Of a stretch of 64,000 nucleotides of DNA, positions 28,749 to 37,195 are shown one piece after another. The DNA comes from a virus. Its lineage: Duplodnaviria; Caudoviricetes. Within the stretch, counting starts at the first letter, position 1, and each line of letters opens with the position of its first letter. The stretch spans positions 1 through 64,000 of IMG/VR virus record IMGVR_UViG_3300033120_000231; one strand, given 5' to 3'. A program made the translations under genes and the position numbers. Below the pieces are notes generated by a model. That model saw only the letters and a program-made list of their open reading frames with translations. It searched no databases and had not been told where the DNA came from.

Positions 28749-28920
28749 TGATGTACCCCATACTTTGTAATGCTGACAATGCAAGCATCCTGACTAATTC
28801 ATTCACGAAAAATTGAAGTTCCATTGCAGCCTCTTCTGGATTTAATGTACTAAGATGTGTGCCACAGCTATCCCATAACTCTTGTATCTTTGGTGCAAAT
28901 TTTGGTTTGATTTCACTCAT
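28741..28920 (-). CDS. Hypothetical protein (59 aa, not in ORF track)
   Basis: MSEIKPKFAPKIQELW...; AGGAG RBS; ATGA overlap. Confidence 0.6.
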   Translation of the reverse strand: MSEIKPKFAPKIQELWDSCGTHLSTLNPEEAAMELQFFVNELVRMLALSALQSMGYINE

Positions 28921-29366
28921 TTTGATTCTCCTTTAATGTTGATACCATAGTATTCATGATTATTGTCAATCCAATAACTATTCCAATGACTACGTTTATC
29001 CTCTTCATAATCATCTACGATAGACTTAAATAATCCCTTATATATGTTATTAAATTGTATCTCTGCGGAGTATTTGTACTTGTTACGATCCTTATAATCT
29101 AAAGCATAATTAGTCTTATAAAGCAACCTATTTTTGGAATCTGTATCTGGACAAACAATCTGAAGCTCCCCTTCATTCCAATAATCCCCACCAGAACAAC
29201 CGCTAGGACTAGTATACCAGTGTGTTTGAATAGCTATACAATCTTTAATTTTATGCTTAGAACCACAACCACAATTGAACTCCTTACTAGACCTTTCTTT
29301 GGCTAAGTTTTTCCTTTGGGTCTTAAGTTCCTTCTCTAAAGCTTTAATCTTATCTTCAGTTGTCAT
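28917..29366 (-). CDS. Hypothetical protein with Cys motifs
   Basis: CGCG and HWYTSPSGCSGGDYW. Confidence 0.7.
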   Translation of the reverse strand: MTTEDKIKALEKELKTQRKNLAKERSSKEFNCGCGSKHKIKDCIAIQTHWYTSPSGCSGGDYWNEGELQIVCPDTDSKNRLLYKTNYALDYKDRNKYKYSAEIQFNNIYKGLFKSIVDDYEEDKRSHWNSYWIDNNHEYYGINIKGESK

Positions 29367-29679
29367 CTCTAACCCTTTCATTAAACTTCCTCTTCAATTC
29401 CTCCTGAAAAGCAGGACTCACAACAAACTTCATTGTCATCCCAGCAGGAACTTCATAATCCTTTCCAGTTAACCCTGAGTGCATCACCCTTGGCTTGCTA
29501 TATTTTGGACTGAACGTGCCAAAGCCTGTAAGACTAATCTGTTTGCCTTCAAGCATCAATTCTTCAATTGTCTTACGAAGGATATCCAAGAAGTCTTGAC
29601 ATTCATAAATAGTGTACATCTTTTCAGATGTATTTGACATAGCTTTTGCTAGGTCTTTTGGAAAGAGTTTAGTTGTCAT
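29356..29679 (-). CDS. HU/IHF-like DNA-binding protein
   Basis: ISLTGFGTF...PR...TGK...VPA...KFVVSPAF. Confidence 0.88.
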   Translation of the reverse strand: MTTKLFPKDLAKAMSNTSEKMYTIYECQDFLDILRKTIEELMLEGKQISLTGFGTFSPKYSKPRVMHSGLTGKDYEVPAGMTMKFVVSPAFQEELKRKFNERVRDDN

Positions 29680-29903
29680 TTAATGATAATTTCCATTCCA
29701 AGAAGCATTAAAGAGCTATCTTTGTACTTTTCTTCATAGTGTCTTAACCAATATTTAAGATGTTCATCAATCAGGTTAAACTCTTCCTTTGTCATTTCAA
29801 TCCTGTTTGGCCTAATGCCTGTCTTATTCTCATAATCACAAGAAAGAGCAATGGCTTTAGCTATAAGAGCATGAGCATTAGGCTTTTCGTAGTAGACTTT
29901 CAT
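29676..29903 (-). CDS. Hypothetical protein
   Basis: AAGGAG RBS. Confidence 0.65.
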   Translation of the reverse strand: MKVYYEKPNAHALIAKAIALSCDYENKTGIRPNRIEMTKEEFNLIDEHLKYWLRHYEEKYKDSSLMLLGMEIIIK

Positions 29904-29934
29904 ACTTGCACTCCTTTATCGTATTACGCCAATA

Positions 29935-30180
29935 TTATTGGCTAGTCTTATGGCTTCGCCAAGAGTTCTCTCCACCTTCTTGGAAAGATGCTTCAAATTC
30001 TACTACAACTTGTTCAAAAGCTTCCCAGTTGATTTCTTCTACTTCAACTGTATCCCATTGTGAAGGCCAGCAAGTTCCGGTATCTTCATTATACCAAGAC
30101 GAGATGTAATTTTCTCTGGCTACAACTGTCTTTACAAAAATCTCTTTCTTACCTCGGAAGAATTCTAGAATTGATTGCAT
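29935..30180 (-). CDS. Hypothetical protein
   Basis: AAGGA RBS. Confidence 0.6.
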   Translation of the reverse strand: MQSILEFFRGKKEIFVKTVVARENYISSWYNEDTGTCWPSQWDTVEVEEINWEAFEQVVVEFEASFQEGGENSWRSHKTSQ

Positions 30181-30182
30181 GT

Positions 30183-30512
30183 TTATTCCTTAACTAAACA
30201 AACAGCCATGGTCTTACCTCCACCCGCGCAATGCACACTCCAACCTTCGTACTCTGGAAAACAGATTGTAGTTATAAATGACCCATCTTCTCCATCATCA
30301 ATCCCCAGTTCAGGGTAGTCAAGTACCTTATTATCTATGAACGCACAGTTGCTGTAACTATTGCAGTAAATTCTACCAGTTTCACCCCAGCCATCTAGAT
30401 AAAACGCAGCAATGTTTTCAGAGCGTTTGAGCATATAGCCGTATTCTCCGCATACTGCATCTCCTTGTTGTGTTACAAGGACTTTTACTCGGTCTGCATT
30501 ACTCCATGTCAT
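30183..30512 (-). CDS. Hypothetical protein
   Basis: AAGGAG RBS. Confidence 0.65.
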   Translation of the reverse strand: MTWSNADRVKVLVTQQGDAVCGEYGYMLKRSENIAAFYLDGWGETGRIYCNSYSNCAFIDNKVLDYPELGIDDGEDGSFITTICFPEYEGWSVHCAGGGKTMAVCLVKE

Positions 30513-30953
30513 TTAATTCTCCTTAATTTGAAATTGTCTTGTGATTATACCAGATTGCCTCAGTAAGTCAAGACCAGACGTATCCCTGTATGTGTCTTGC
30601 CACGTTACATGGGTCACACCAGCAGCAATCATGTTTGAACAACAATGTCTGCAAGGAATGTGCGTGACCCACATCTTGGAGTTCTTTGTGCTTACACCTT
30701 CAAGACATGCTTTATTTAAACACTGCTGCTCTGCATGGATTACTTCATTCTTAGTTACAAGTTCCATAGTGAGTTCGTCTAGGAACTCAAGTTCATTACC
30801 AAGCTGCTTCGGAAGACCATTTGTAGCTCCAATCATAACACCAGAGTCAAGTACAAGGCATGCACCTACCTTAAGTCTTTTACCCTTGGAAAGTCTTGCA
30901 TGAAGCATTGCTACTCCCATGTATGTCTCATCAATTTGTTGTTGCGTTGGCAT
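30513..30953 (-). CDS. dCMP deaminase-like protein
   Basis: KVGACLV, IHAEQ and THIPCRHC Zn-deaminase motifs. Confidence 0.88.
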   Translation of the reverse strand: MPTQQQIDETYMGVAMLHARLSKGKRLKVGACLVLDSGVMIGATNGLPKQLGNELEFLDELTMELVTKNEVIHAEQQCLNKACLEGVSTKNSKMWVTHIPCRHCCSNMIAAGVTHVTWQDTYRDTSGLDLLRQSGIITRQFQIKEN

Positions 30954-31233
30954 TATTCTCTTTCTTCTTCATGATACTAAACTTAATCGTCGTAATATCA
31001 TACCCACGAAGTTCAAGTTCCTTGATCAAACTTGGATTCATTTTACTAAATAACGGTGTAGTATGTAAGTCTGGTTGATCACATACTACTGCATTATATA
31101 AAAGTCTACTATCTCTTTTCATACTTGAATCACCTTGCCAAGCAAAGATAATGTCAGGATTATCATGAGGAAGTCTACCCCAGTATATCCGAAGTTCACC
31201 ATCTTTGAGTTTTGGTTTACGAAGTCGTTTCAT
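30931..31233 (-). CDS. Hypothetical phage protein
   Basis: ELELRGYDITTIKFSI motif. Confidence 0.7.
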   Translation of the reverse strand: MKRLRKPKLKDGELRIYWGRLPHDNPDIIFAWQGDSSMKRDSRLLYNAVVCDQPDLHTTPLFSKMNPSLIKELELRGYDITTIKFSIMKKKENNANATTN

Positions 31234-31235
31234 AA

Positions 31236-31793
31236 CTACGTCCACATTGAGGATAGGTAACACCCAAAAAGTCTATGTCCATTTTGCATGCGTTTGTTGT
31301 GCTCTTGGTACTTATCAAAATCATGATTAGTAGCACCAAACCCATACTTTTCTTCCCAATCAGGGTCAAAACTCCAAATCATTTCATCTAGTACCCACGA
31401 CCACGCTTCTTCGCTATAAGCATCTGTAAAATCCCCAAGTGTACCATAGGTTCCGTGCAATTCTTCTGGTACATCTACTTTGTCTACCGCTGGTGTTCCA
31501 TCTTTAGCTTCTTTCAGTTTAATCAGCATTGGATGAATGATGTAGCATAATGTACTGTCCATAGAGAATAAGTCATAATCGTCAATCCTAACCTTGATCT
31601 TGCGTTTCTTTTTGGAATGCAACAACTCACAAATTCTAGCAAATGTAGAATGATTCCCGTTCTTATCTTTGGCTAACCACTTACCAAATTGATGCACGCT
31701 CTTATCTTCATACTTATCCTTCCAAAACAGAATCAATTTTGCAATTTGGTAGGGGCCATACCACGGAACGTAATCTCCAATATGTACTTTCAT
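31236..31793 (-). CDS. Hypothetical phage protein
   Basis: GPYQIA...WSWVLDEMIWSF...NGHRLFG. Confidence 0.75.
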   Translation of the reverse strand: MKVHIGDYVPWYGPYQIAKLILFWKDKYEDKSVHQFGKWLAKDKNGNHSTFARICELLHSKKKRKIKVRIDDYDLFSMDSTLCYIIHPMLIKLKEAKDGTPAVDKVDVPEELHGTYGTLGDFTDAYSEEAWSWVLDEMIWSFDPDWEEKYGFGATNHDFDKYQEHNKRMQNGHRLFGCYLSSMWT

Positions 31794-31893
31794 TTAAACC
31801 CTTTCTAATCAATTATTTACTCATCAAGCTACCAACCCCTTGCCTTGTGTATAAACAAGGCTTGTAGGGGCTATAAAAGGCCTTGTTGAGCCT

Positions 31894-32262
31894 TTAGTTA
31901 ACTACAACAATCTTATGCTTCAACTTATGCTGCAAAGCAGTTAACTTCTTCAGGTGAGCCTTAACCTCACGGTGCTCTCGAAAAAGAATATTACGAAGAT
32001 CGTCACCGACTTCGTACTGAAGTGCTTCTTCTTTGATTTCCTTTCGGACTTGATCTACTACTTTAATATGCTTTGCCATAATGTTCTGAAGCAATTGAAG
32101 GTCACGTTGGGTAAGGTTTTCAGTACGTTTACTGCTATATGTACTAAAAGTAGGCCAATTACTTTCTACAAAGTCAATATCAACAAAACGGCATCCCGGC
32201 TCTTTCAGGATAGCAAGAGCATTATGAAAGAAATTACGAATAGATTTAAACGGTTTAAGCAT
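31894..32262 (-). CDS. Hypothetical protein
   Basis: AAGGAG RBS. Confidence 0.65.
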   Translation of the reverse strand: MLKPFKSIRNFFHNALAILKEPGCRFVDIDFVESNWPTFSTYSSKRTENLTQRDLQLLQNIMAKHIKVVDQVRKEIKEEALQYEVGDDLRNILFREHREVKAHLKKLTALQHKLKHKIVVVN

Positions 32263-32279
32263 TAGGTTCTCCTTTAAAA

Positions 32280-32693
32280 TTAAGACAAAGTTACATTAAA
32301 AGTCTCTTCAATTTTCATACGAAGAGCACATACTAACCCTTTATCCATGTAGTCATAGTCATCTTCAATGTCCCACACAATACTTTTACTTTGTAATTCC
32401 TCAAGAAGATCAACATCTGGAATGTTCAACTTAGTCTCTAGTTCATTTTCTGAATTCATAAACACAACCCAATTTGCCCATTTAATAAGGTTTGCTGATA
32501 AAGGGGTCAAAGCAAGGCGTAAATGACTTCCTGCACTACGAGCATTTATTCCGTATTGACCAGCAATACGGGCTGCTGTAGGTGAACGTAAAAGTCCAGC
32601 TGAACACACGAAAACTACTCTGGTTTCAGCTCCTTGAAATTGGTTGTGAAATGGACAACCGTTTGTCTTAAAAATTTCTTCTGTCTTAGTCAT
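32280..32693 (-). CDS. Low-molecular-weight protein tyrosine phosphatase-like
   Basis: FVCSAGLLRSPTA (CX5R); DIEDDY. Confidence 0.85.
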   Translation of the reverse strand: MTKTEEIFKTNGCPFHNQFQGAETRVVFVCSAGLLRSPTAARIAGQYGINARSAGSHLRLALTPLSANLIKWANWVVFMNSENELETKLNIPDVDLLEELQSKSIVWDIEDDYDYMDKGLVCALRMKIEETFNVTLS

Positions 32694-32703
32694 GTTTACT
32701 CCC

Positions 32704-33306
32704 TTACTTCTTCAAAAGGTTTTCTGATGAGATTTCAACAATTTGTAACAAGCCAGATTTAGTAGACACTGATCCTCCTTCAGAATAAATCGCATAATTA
32801 TCTTCCTTAGAGATTATTTTAGGGCCGAACCATACCCCATCAATATACTGCATAACAACCCTCTTCCCAACCAACGTAGAAACAAAAGGTCGAGTTACTG
32901 CAGCTTCAATCTTTGGTTCTGAGAAGAAGAGTGTACGGTTATCTCCTGTGTTACATCTTCCATCTTTGGTGTAAGCCCCAGTAAAAGTGCTAAATTTCAC
33001 AAGGATTGGAAACATACAATTTCTAATGTTGGTTACTTCACCAGGCCCGTATACAGTACACCAAACTTTATCGCCAACCTGAAACTCACCTTGCTTAGTG
33101 TTTGTATCTTCTTCCATCTTATCTCCTCGTTTAATAAAACCTAGTGAAATTGGATACCATGCAGTACTTTCACCCTCACCAATACAAATAACGCCTAGGT
33201 GGTGACTTTCACCGATCACTTCAAGAAAATTACTCCACTCTTTTAACTTCACAAAATCACCTATTTTAATACCTTCAATGTTTGTGATTACATTACTATT
33301 CTTCAT
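32704..33306 (-). CDS. Hypothetical protein with repeated SH3-like modules
   Basis: IGDFVK and FQVGDKVWC...YGPGEV. Confidence 0.7.
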   Translation of the reverse strand: MKNSNVITNIEGIKIGDFVKLKEWSNFLEVIGESHHLGVICIGEGESTAWYPISLGFIKRGDKMEEDTNTKQGEFQVGDKVWCTVYGPGEVTNIRNCMFPILVKFSTFTGAYTKDGRCNTGDNRTLFFSEPKIEAAVTRPFVSTLVGKRVVMQYIDGVWFGPKIISKEDNYAIYSEGGSVSTKSGLLQIVEISSENLLKK

Positions 33307-33315
33307 CTTATCTCC

Positions 33316-33642
33316 TTAAAACAGTTTATGAAAATCCTTTGGGTAAACCCAAGAAATATCCTTGAAAGCGTGTTTGACTTCTTTCTTGGTGCAGTAAGTC
33401 TTGCCTGAACGAGAGTCCCATTGCCAACCAACGTAAAGACTTGTACTGTTACCCTCTTTGATACCAATGGACGGTTGTTCAGGATCATAACTCACAACCC
33501 ACTCTCCTGTCAAGATTCCGTCTATGTCGTAGACAATAGCACCTTCACTCTGTACTTGCTTGATCTTATCAACAAGGGTCAGAGCATACAAGAATGCTTC
33601 ATACGAAGTCTTGTTGTGGAACCAGTCTGGCTGTACTTGCAT
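33316..33642 (-). CDS. Hypothetical protein
   Basis: GGAG RBS. Confidence 0.65.
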   Translation of the reverse strand: MQVQPDWFHNKTSYEAFLYALTLVDKIKQVQSEGAIVYDIDGILTGEWVVSYDPEQPSIGIKEGNSTSLYVGWQWDSRSGKTYCTKKEVKHAFKDISWVYPKDFHKLF

Positions 33643-33651
33643 AATTCACTC

Positions 33652-34107
33652 CTAATCAAAGTCTCGGTTATAGAATCCTTCAGCAAACACTGAAGTGCTT
33701 TCATCTATTTTCATCCCAAGTGCTTTCAAAATCTTCCCTTTAACTAATGTGTTAGGAAGCCTGACACGCTCTGGTGGATTGAATCCTAACATAACCCCCA
33801 CTTCAGCAACAGCACCACTACGACAAAGCCCAGCAAAACAGTGCACGATTACATTCATGTGTTGTTCTTTTGCACGAAGCAGCGCACTTGCGATCTCTTT
33901 TGCTTGTTCTTCTGTACAACTTGTGGGGCCTTCATCTTCAATGTCATCAAACTTGAACTGAAGTATTTCCTTGAAAGTGTACTTAGGAGTAGGAAAAGTA
34001 TCAAAGAAATCCACAATCTGAATAAGCATTGAATTTTCTCCTGCATCCGCATGGAAACCTATAGAAATATCAAAACGACTGACGTTCTCAATAAAATTAT
34101 TCACCAT
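33652..34107 (-). CDS. Dual-specificity/tyrosine protein phosphatase
   Basis: VIVHCFAGLCRSGAVA (HCX5R); FDDIED acid loop. Confidence 0.88.
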   Translation of the reverse strand: MVNNFIENVSRFDISIGFHADAGENSMLIQIVDFFDTFPTPKYTFKEILQFKFDDIEDEGPTSCTEEQAKEIASALLRAKEQHMNVIVHCFAGLCRSGAVAEVGVMLGFNPPERVRLPNTLVKGKILKALGMKIDESTSVFAEGFYNRDFD

Positions 34108-34113
34108 AACTCC

Positions 34114-34353
34114 TTAAAACAAAGCTTTGTATTTTTCATTGTTCATCAAATCCTGCAACTCTTCCGTACAAAGCGGCACCAACGGTGTTGCTGCCTTGTT
34201 AGCAGCTTTCGTCAGTATAGCACTAGCTTGGTTAGCTAACTTTTGTTCATCAGGTGTAGGGCGACGACTTCTGTCGAAGCCGTCTGTCATTCTAACAAAA
34301 GGATTATGCTTTGCAAGAGTGCGTGAAGCGTCTAGGGCTTGTTGAAGGTTCAT
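34114..34353 (-). CDS. Hypothetical protein
   Basis: In-operon ORF. Confidence 0.6.
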   Translation of the reverse strand: MNLQQALDASRTLAKHNPFVRMTDGFDRSRRPTPDEQKLANQASAILTKAANKAATPLVPLCTEELQDLMNNEKYKALF

Positions 34354-34524
34354 TTAAGTCTTTTCATTAAGAAGTTTCAGAATAAGTGTCTCTTTAAACT
34401 CTTCAAAGGATGGGGATAGATCACCCTCCTTAATGCACCAGTCCCCAAACCACCAACCGCAACCATCCCATTTAAGTTTGGTATGCATCTGGTGCAGCAA
34501 CTTCTCAAAATCTTCTTTATCCAT
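34354..34524 (-). CDS. Hypothetical protein; first gene of the leftward arm
   Basis: AAGGAAG RBS before MDKEDF. Confidence 0.6.
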   Translation of the reverse strand: MDKEDFEKLLHQMHTKLKWDGCGWWFGDWCIKEGDLSPSFEEFKETLILKLLNEKT

Positions 34525-34551
34525 CTCGCTTCCTTGTGTGTTGAAAGTTGC

Positions 34552-34580
34552 AGTGTAACACACCTTTTTCCACTCGTCAA
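34552..34580 (-). promoter_or_regulatory. Leftward sigma70 promoter
   Basis: TTGACG-17-TACACT. Confidence 0.75.
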
Positions 34581-34592
34581 TGAAAATTTCTC

Positions 34593-34621
34593 TTGCTTTC
34601 TGGTAATGTCCGTTGTATAAT
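34593..34621 (+). promoter_or_regulatory. Rightward sigma70 promoter, back-to-back with the leftward one
   Basis: TTGCTT-17-TATAAT. Confidence 0.8.
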
Positions 34622-34625
34622 AACG

Positions 34626-34890
34626 ACTATGTGCTGATTGTAGCACTAGTACTCCAGACTGACTAAGAGGTTACATCGCCTGCGTGGAAGAAAAGACTGC
34701 CGATCCCGAGGCATCATATCGGAACTAGACTCGTTTACGGTGCAATTCCGAGAGATTCTGGCGGTGCTGTTGATCCACGACTGGGGGCAAGAATGATTTC
34801 TTGATAGTGGCTAAGTCTCACGACTGAGTGAAACGCTTTTGCAGATAACCTCCCTATCCTTCACACGTTCTGTGGGGTAGGGGGCTGCTG
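34626..34890 (+). ncRNA. Candidate structured RNA / long leader upstream of the HNH nuclease
   Basis: ORF-free and GC-richer than its flanks; starts just after the promoter; at least 5 hairpins readable by eye. Confidence 0.45.
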
Positions 34891-34932
34891 AGTGAAATTA
34901 TTATAAATATAAGTAATAAAGGGGAGAAGGGA

Positions 34933-35544
34933 TTGAAATATACAAATGAATTTATAGCGTCAAAAGAGTTCTTGAGTACTTACGAATGGAGAAAAGTAAG
35001 GATGGAGGCTCTAGTGAAACATGGCAACAAGTGCCAGTGCTGCAACAGAACCCCTGATGGTGAATATTACACTTGTGTTGATCACATCAAGCCAAGGAAG
35101 ACACACCCTCAATTTGCTCTGGATGTAGACAACTTACAAATCTTGTGCAATGAGTGCAATCACGGAAAAGGTAACTGGGATAGCACAGACTGGAGAGATG
35201 GCAACGAACTTGTTTTTACTATAACAAAGAAGTGGATAGATGACAACAGAGCAAGTGGTAAGTCTTTCACTAAGGTTCAAGTAGAAGCACTGGGTCTAAA
35301 GTTTGGCTATCTTGACAAGGGTTGGGTGAAGTCGCTTGTAGGTAGAAAGATTACGTTAGAAACCAAGAGAACATTTGAAGAAGGTGCATCTATCACACAG
35401 CAGAGACAAGAGTTTGTAGGCCCAGTAAAGCCTAAGAAAAAGAAGTTAAAAATAAAGTTGAAATCAAAAACTGAACTGAGAATTCTTAGGTTAGAGGCAG
35501 AACTTAAGAAAGCAAAAGAAGTTGCAAATGCATTGAATAATTGA
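34933..35544 (+). CDS. HNH endonuclease (McrA-like) with extra C-terminal basic domain
   Basis: EWRKVR...CQCC...VDHIKP...DNLQILCNECNHGKG; TTG start with GGGGAG. Confidence 0.88.
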   Translation: MKYTNEFIASKEFLSTYEWRKVRMEALVKHGNKCQCCNRTPDGEYYTCVDHIKPRKTHPQFALDVDNLQILCNECNHGKGNWDSTDWRDGNELVFTITKKWIDDNRASGKSFTKVQVEALGLKFGYLDKGWVKSLVGRKITLETKRTFEEGASITQQRQEFVGPVKPKKKKLKIKLKSKTELRILRLEAELKKAKEVANALNN

Positions 35545-35549
35545 AGTAC

Positions 35550-35588
35550 ACCTCCTGTGGCATCCAAGCTGTAGGAGGTTTTTCTTTG
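35550..35588 (+). terminator. Intrinsic terminator after HNH
   Basis: ACCTCCT / AGGAGGT stem plus TTTTTCTTT. Confidence 0.75.
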
Positions 35589-35654
35589 TCTGAAAGAAGT
35601 AGCGTTGCTAAATAGCTACAACCATAAATATTTAGCGAAAGAGTGAAACAAGTG

Positions 35655-35682
35655 TTGACAAGGTGTTCCTATGTGATAAAGT
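35655..35682 (+). promoter_or_regulatory. sigma70 promoter for the accessory operon
   Basis: TTGACA-16-TAAAGT with TG extension. Confidence 0.6.
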
Positions 35683-35714
35683 ACACATATCGCAAACAAC
35701 TTAGGAGAAATCAA

Positions 35715-35957
35715 ATGAACAAACAAATCAGAGTAATCGCTGAACAAGCAGGTGATCATTACCGTACGACAAAACCTGGAGCGTCAACGTGGCCTCACCC
35801 TTGTGTTGGTGCTGCAGTCCCAAAAGAGTTTCTGGACAAGTTCTCAGAACTGATCATCAAGGAGTGTGCTAAGTTTGTAGCTTTCTCTATGGACTCACGC
35901 TTGACACCTAGTGAGATTAATCAAGCAATTCAGCAACACTTTGGAATTAAGGAGTAA
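35715..35957 (+). CDS. Hypothetical protein
   Basis: AGGAG RBS; KFSELIIKECA motif. Confidence 0.7.
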   Translation: MNKQIRVIAEQAGDHYRTTKPGASTWPHPCVGAAVPKEFLDKFSELIIKECAKFVAFSMDSRLTPSEINQAIQQHFGIKE

Positions 35958-35961
35958 ACAA

Positions 35962-36165
35962 ATGAAAATCTACCTCAAGAAACAAAACGATCACGCAAGA
36001 CCCTACTACCTCCAACGAGAAAACAACCTTGTGTGGAACTTGATGTGCGAAGAACCGCAAGACTTTGACTGGAAAGTTCGTGAACTAGATTAATTTGAAG
36101 TAAACTTTGTTGAGTCCGTCTTTCAGTACTTCGCTGAACCAATGAAGAAACTTACAGGAGAGTAA
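35962..36165 (+). pseudogene. Small gene with in-frame TAA at 36091
   Basis: AAGGAG RBS; the frame continues for 23 sense codons after the TAA up to the RBS of the next gene. Confidence 0.45.
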
Positions 36166-36168
36166 ACC

Positions 36169-36339
36169 ATGAAGATGAAACTGTACTATGTCGTGAAATT
36201 TAATAAAGGGGCATTAGATAAAGAAGATGTTGGCTACGTTGCAGTGCCGTTTACTTTTGATAGTGCTTGTGAATATAGGCGTGAACTAGATCAACCTTGG
36301 AAATTTACTGTCGCTGAACAAGAAGTTGAAGTGAACTAA
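36169..36339 (+). CDS. 56-aa hypothetical protein, tandem paralog A
   Basis: MKMKLYYVVK...VAVPFTF...EVEVN; AGGAG RBS. Confidence 0.65.
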   Translation: MKMKLYYVVKFNKGALDKEDVGYVAVPFTFDSACEYRRELDQPWKFTVAEQEVEVN

Positions 36340-36350
36340 AGGAGAGAATT

Positions 36351-36521
36351 ATGAAAATGAAGCAGTACTACACAGCAGAACGTCTTTCCCTGCATGCGGA
36401 AGAGTGTGCCATGATTGCAGGGCCAATGACATACACAGAAGCTTATGCGTCTGTGAGAAATAACCCAGATTACCCAAGGTACGTTTTCATCGTAAGCCGT
36501 CTTATTGAAGTAGAGGACTAA
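36351..36521 (+). CDS. 56-aa hypothetical protein, tandem paralog B
   Basis: MKMKQYYTAE...IAGPMTY...IEVED; AAGGAG RBS. Confidence 0.65.
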   Translation: MKMKQYYTAERLSLHAEECAMIAGPMTYTEAYASVRNNPDYPRYVFIVSRLIEVED

Positions 36522-36522
36522 C

Positions 36523-36660
36523 ATGTACCACCTCCGAAAACACCGCAGTTTTTATTATGTGTACTTCGCTAATGTAAAAATCTCCGAAGGATCATGGCAA
36601 GTACAAGCTGAAAGAGAACTTGTAAGGCAGATTGAATTGTGCTACAATTCAACCCTATAA
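36523..36660 (+). CDS. Hypothetical protein (45 aa)
   Basis: GAGG RBS; open frame. Confidence 0.5.
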   Translation: MYHLRKHRSFYYVYFANVKISEGSWQVQAERELVRQIELCYNSTL

Positions 36661-36684
36661 ATAATTTTTGAAAGGAACCCGAAA

Positions 36685-36855
36685 ATGCTACTCACTTTTT
36701 ATATCTTCTCTTGCCTCTTTTTTGCATTTCTTTTTGTGAAATGGAGTGTAAACACAGGTATTAACGTCTTCTGCAAGATGTACTTGCTGCTCTTGATGGT
36801 GTATTTCGGGTACAATATCTTTACACATTCAATCTTCCAATCTTTTCTTAACTAA
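36685..36855 (+). CDS. Small two-TM membrane protein
   Basis: MLLTFYIFSCLFFAFLFV...; AAGGA RBS. Confidence 0.6.
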   Translation: MLLTFYIFSCLFFAFLFVKWSVNTGINVFCKMYLLLLMVYFGYNIFTHSIFQSFLN

Positions 36856-36867
36856 GGAGAAACCACT

Positions 36868-37179
36868 ATGACTATCGCAACTGACCTGGGATTTAAGATT
36901 GGTGAACTGTATCGTGTTGTTGATGAAGGTAAATATTATGCTGTTGATATGATCGTAAGATTTGATGAAGATGACAACTCTTATTTTCCGTGGTTTACAT
37001 ATGTTTCTGGGCCAAAAGGAGATTGCACGGATAAAGTTGATGGGATTGCTATTAATTTGGAAGATATTGTTCCTGTAGAGCAACCCACCACACCATCCAA
37101 CAAACCCCTTCTCCTCCTTTACATCCATCAACAGTACCCAGATGACAAGGTGTTGAAGGCTCTGGTAGAATCTATTTAA
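36868..37179 (+). CDS. Hypothetical protein
   Basis: AAGGAG RBS; FKIGELYRVV. Confidence 0.7.
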   Translation: MTIATDLGFKIGELYRVVDEGKYYAVDMIVRFDEDDNSYFPWFTYVSGPKGDCTDKVDGIAINLEDIVPVEQPTTPSNKPLLLLYIHQQYPDDKVLKALVESI

Positions 37180-37195
37180 GAAAGGTAAATCAATC

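Noticed and set aside
31835-31893. Partial copy of the TTTAAA element (CCTTG/CAAGG hairpin)
   Set aside because: It lacks the GATTTAAACG end and the GGTA/TACC core; too weak to include.
32243-32253. GATTTAAACGG as another copy of the dispersed element
   Set aside because: It falls in the first codons of ORF 31894-32262 with no accompanying hairpin, so it is probably chance.
248-36093. Stop-codon reassignment (alternative genetic code)
   Set aside because: Only one internal TAG and one internal TAA occur, both in small broken genes. Long core genes read through in code 11, and TAG ends genes such as the portal.
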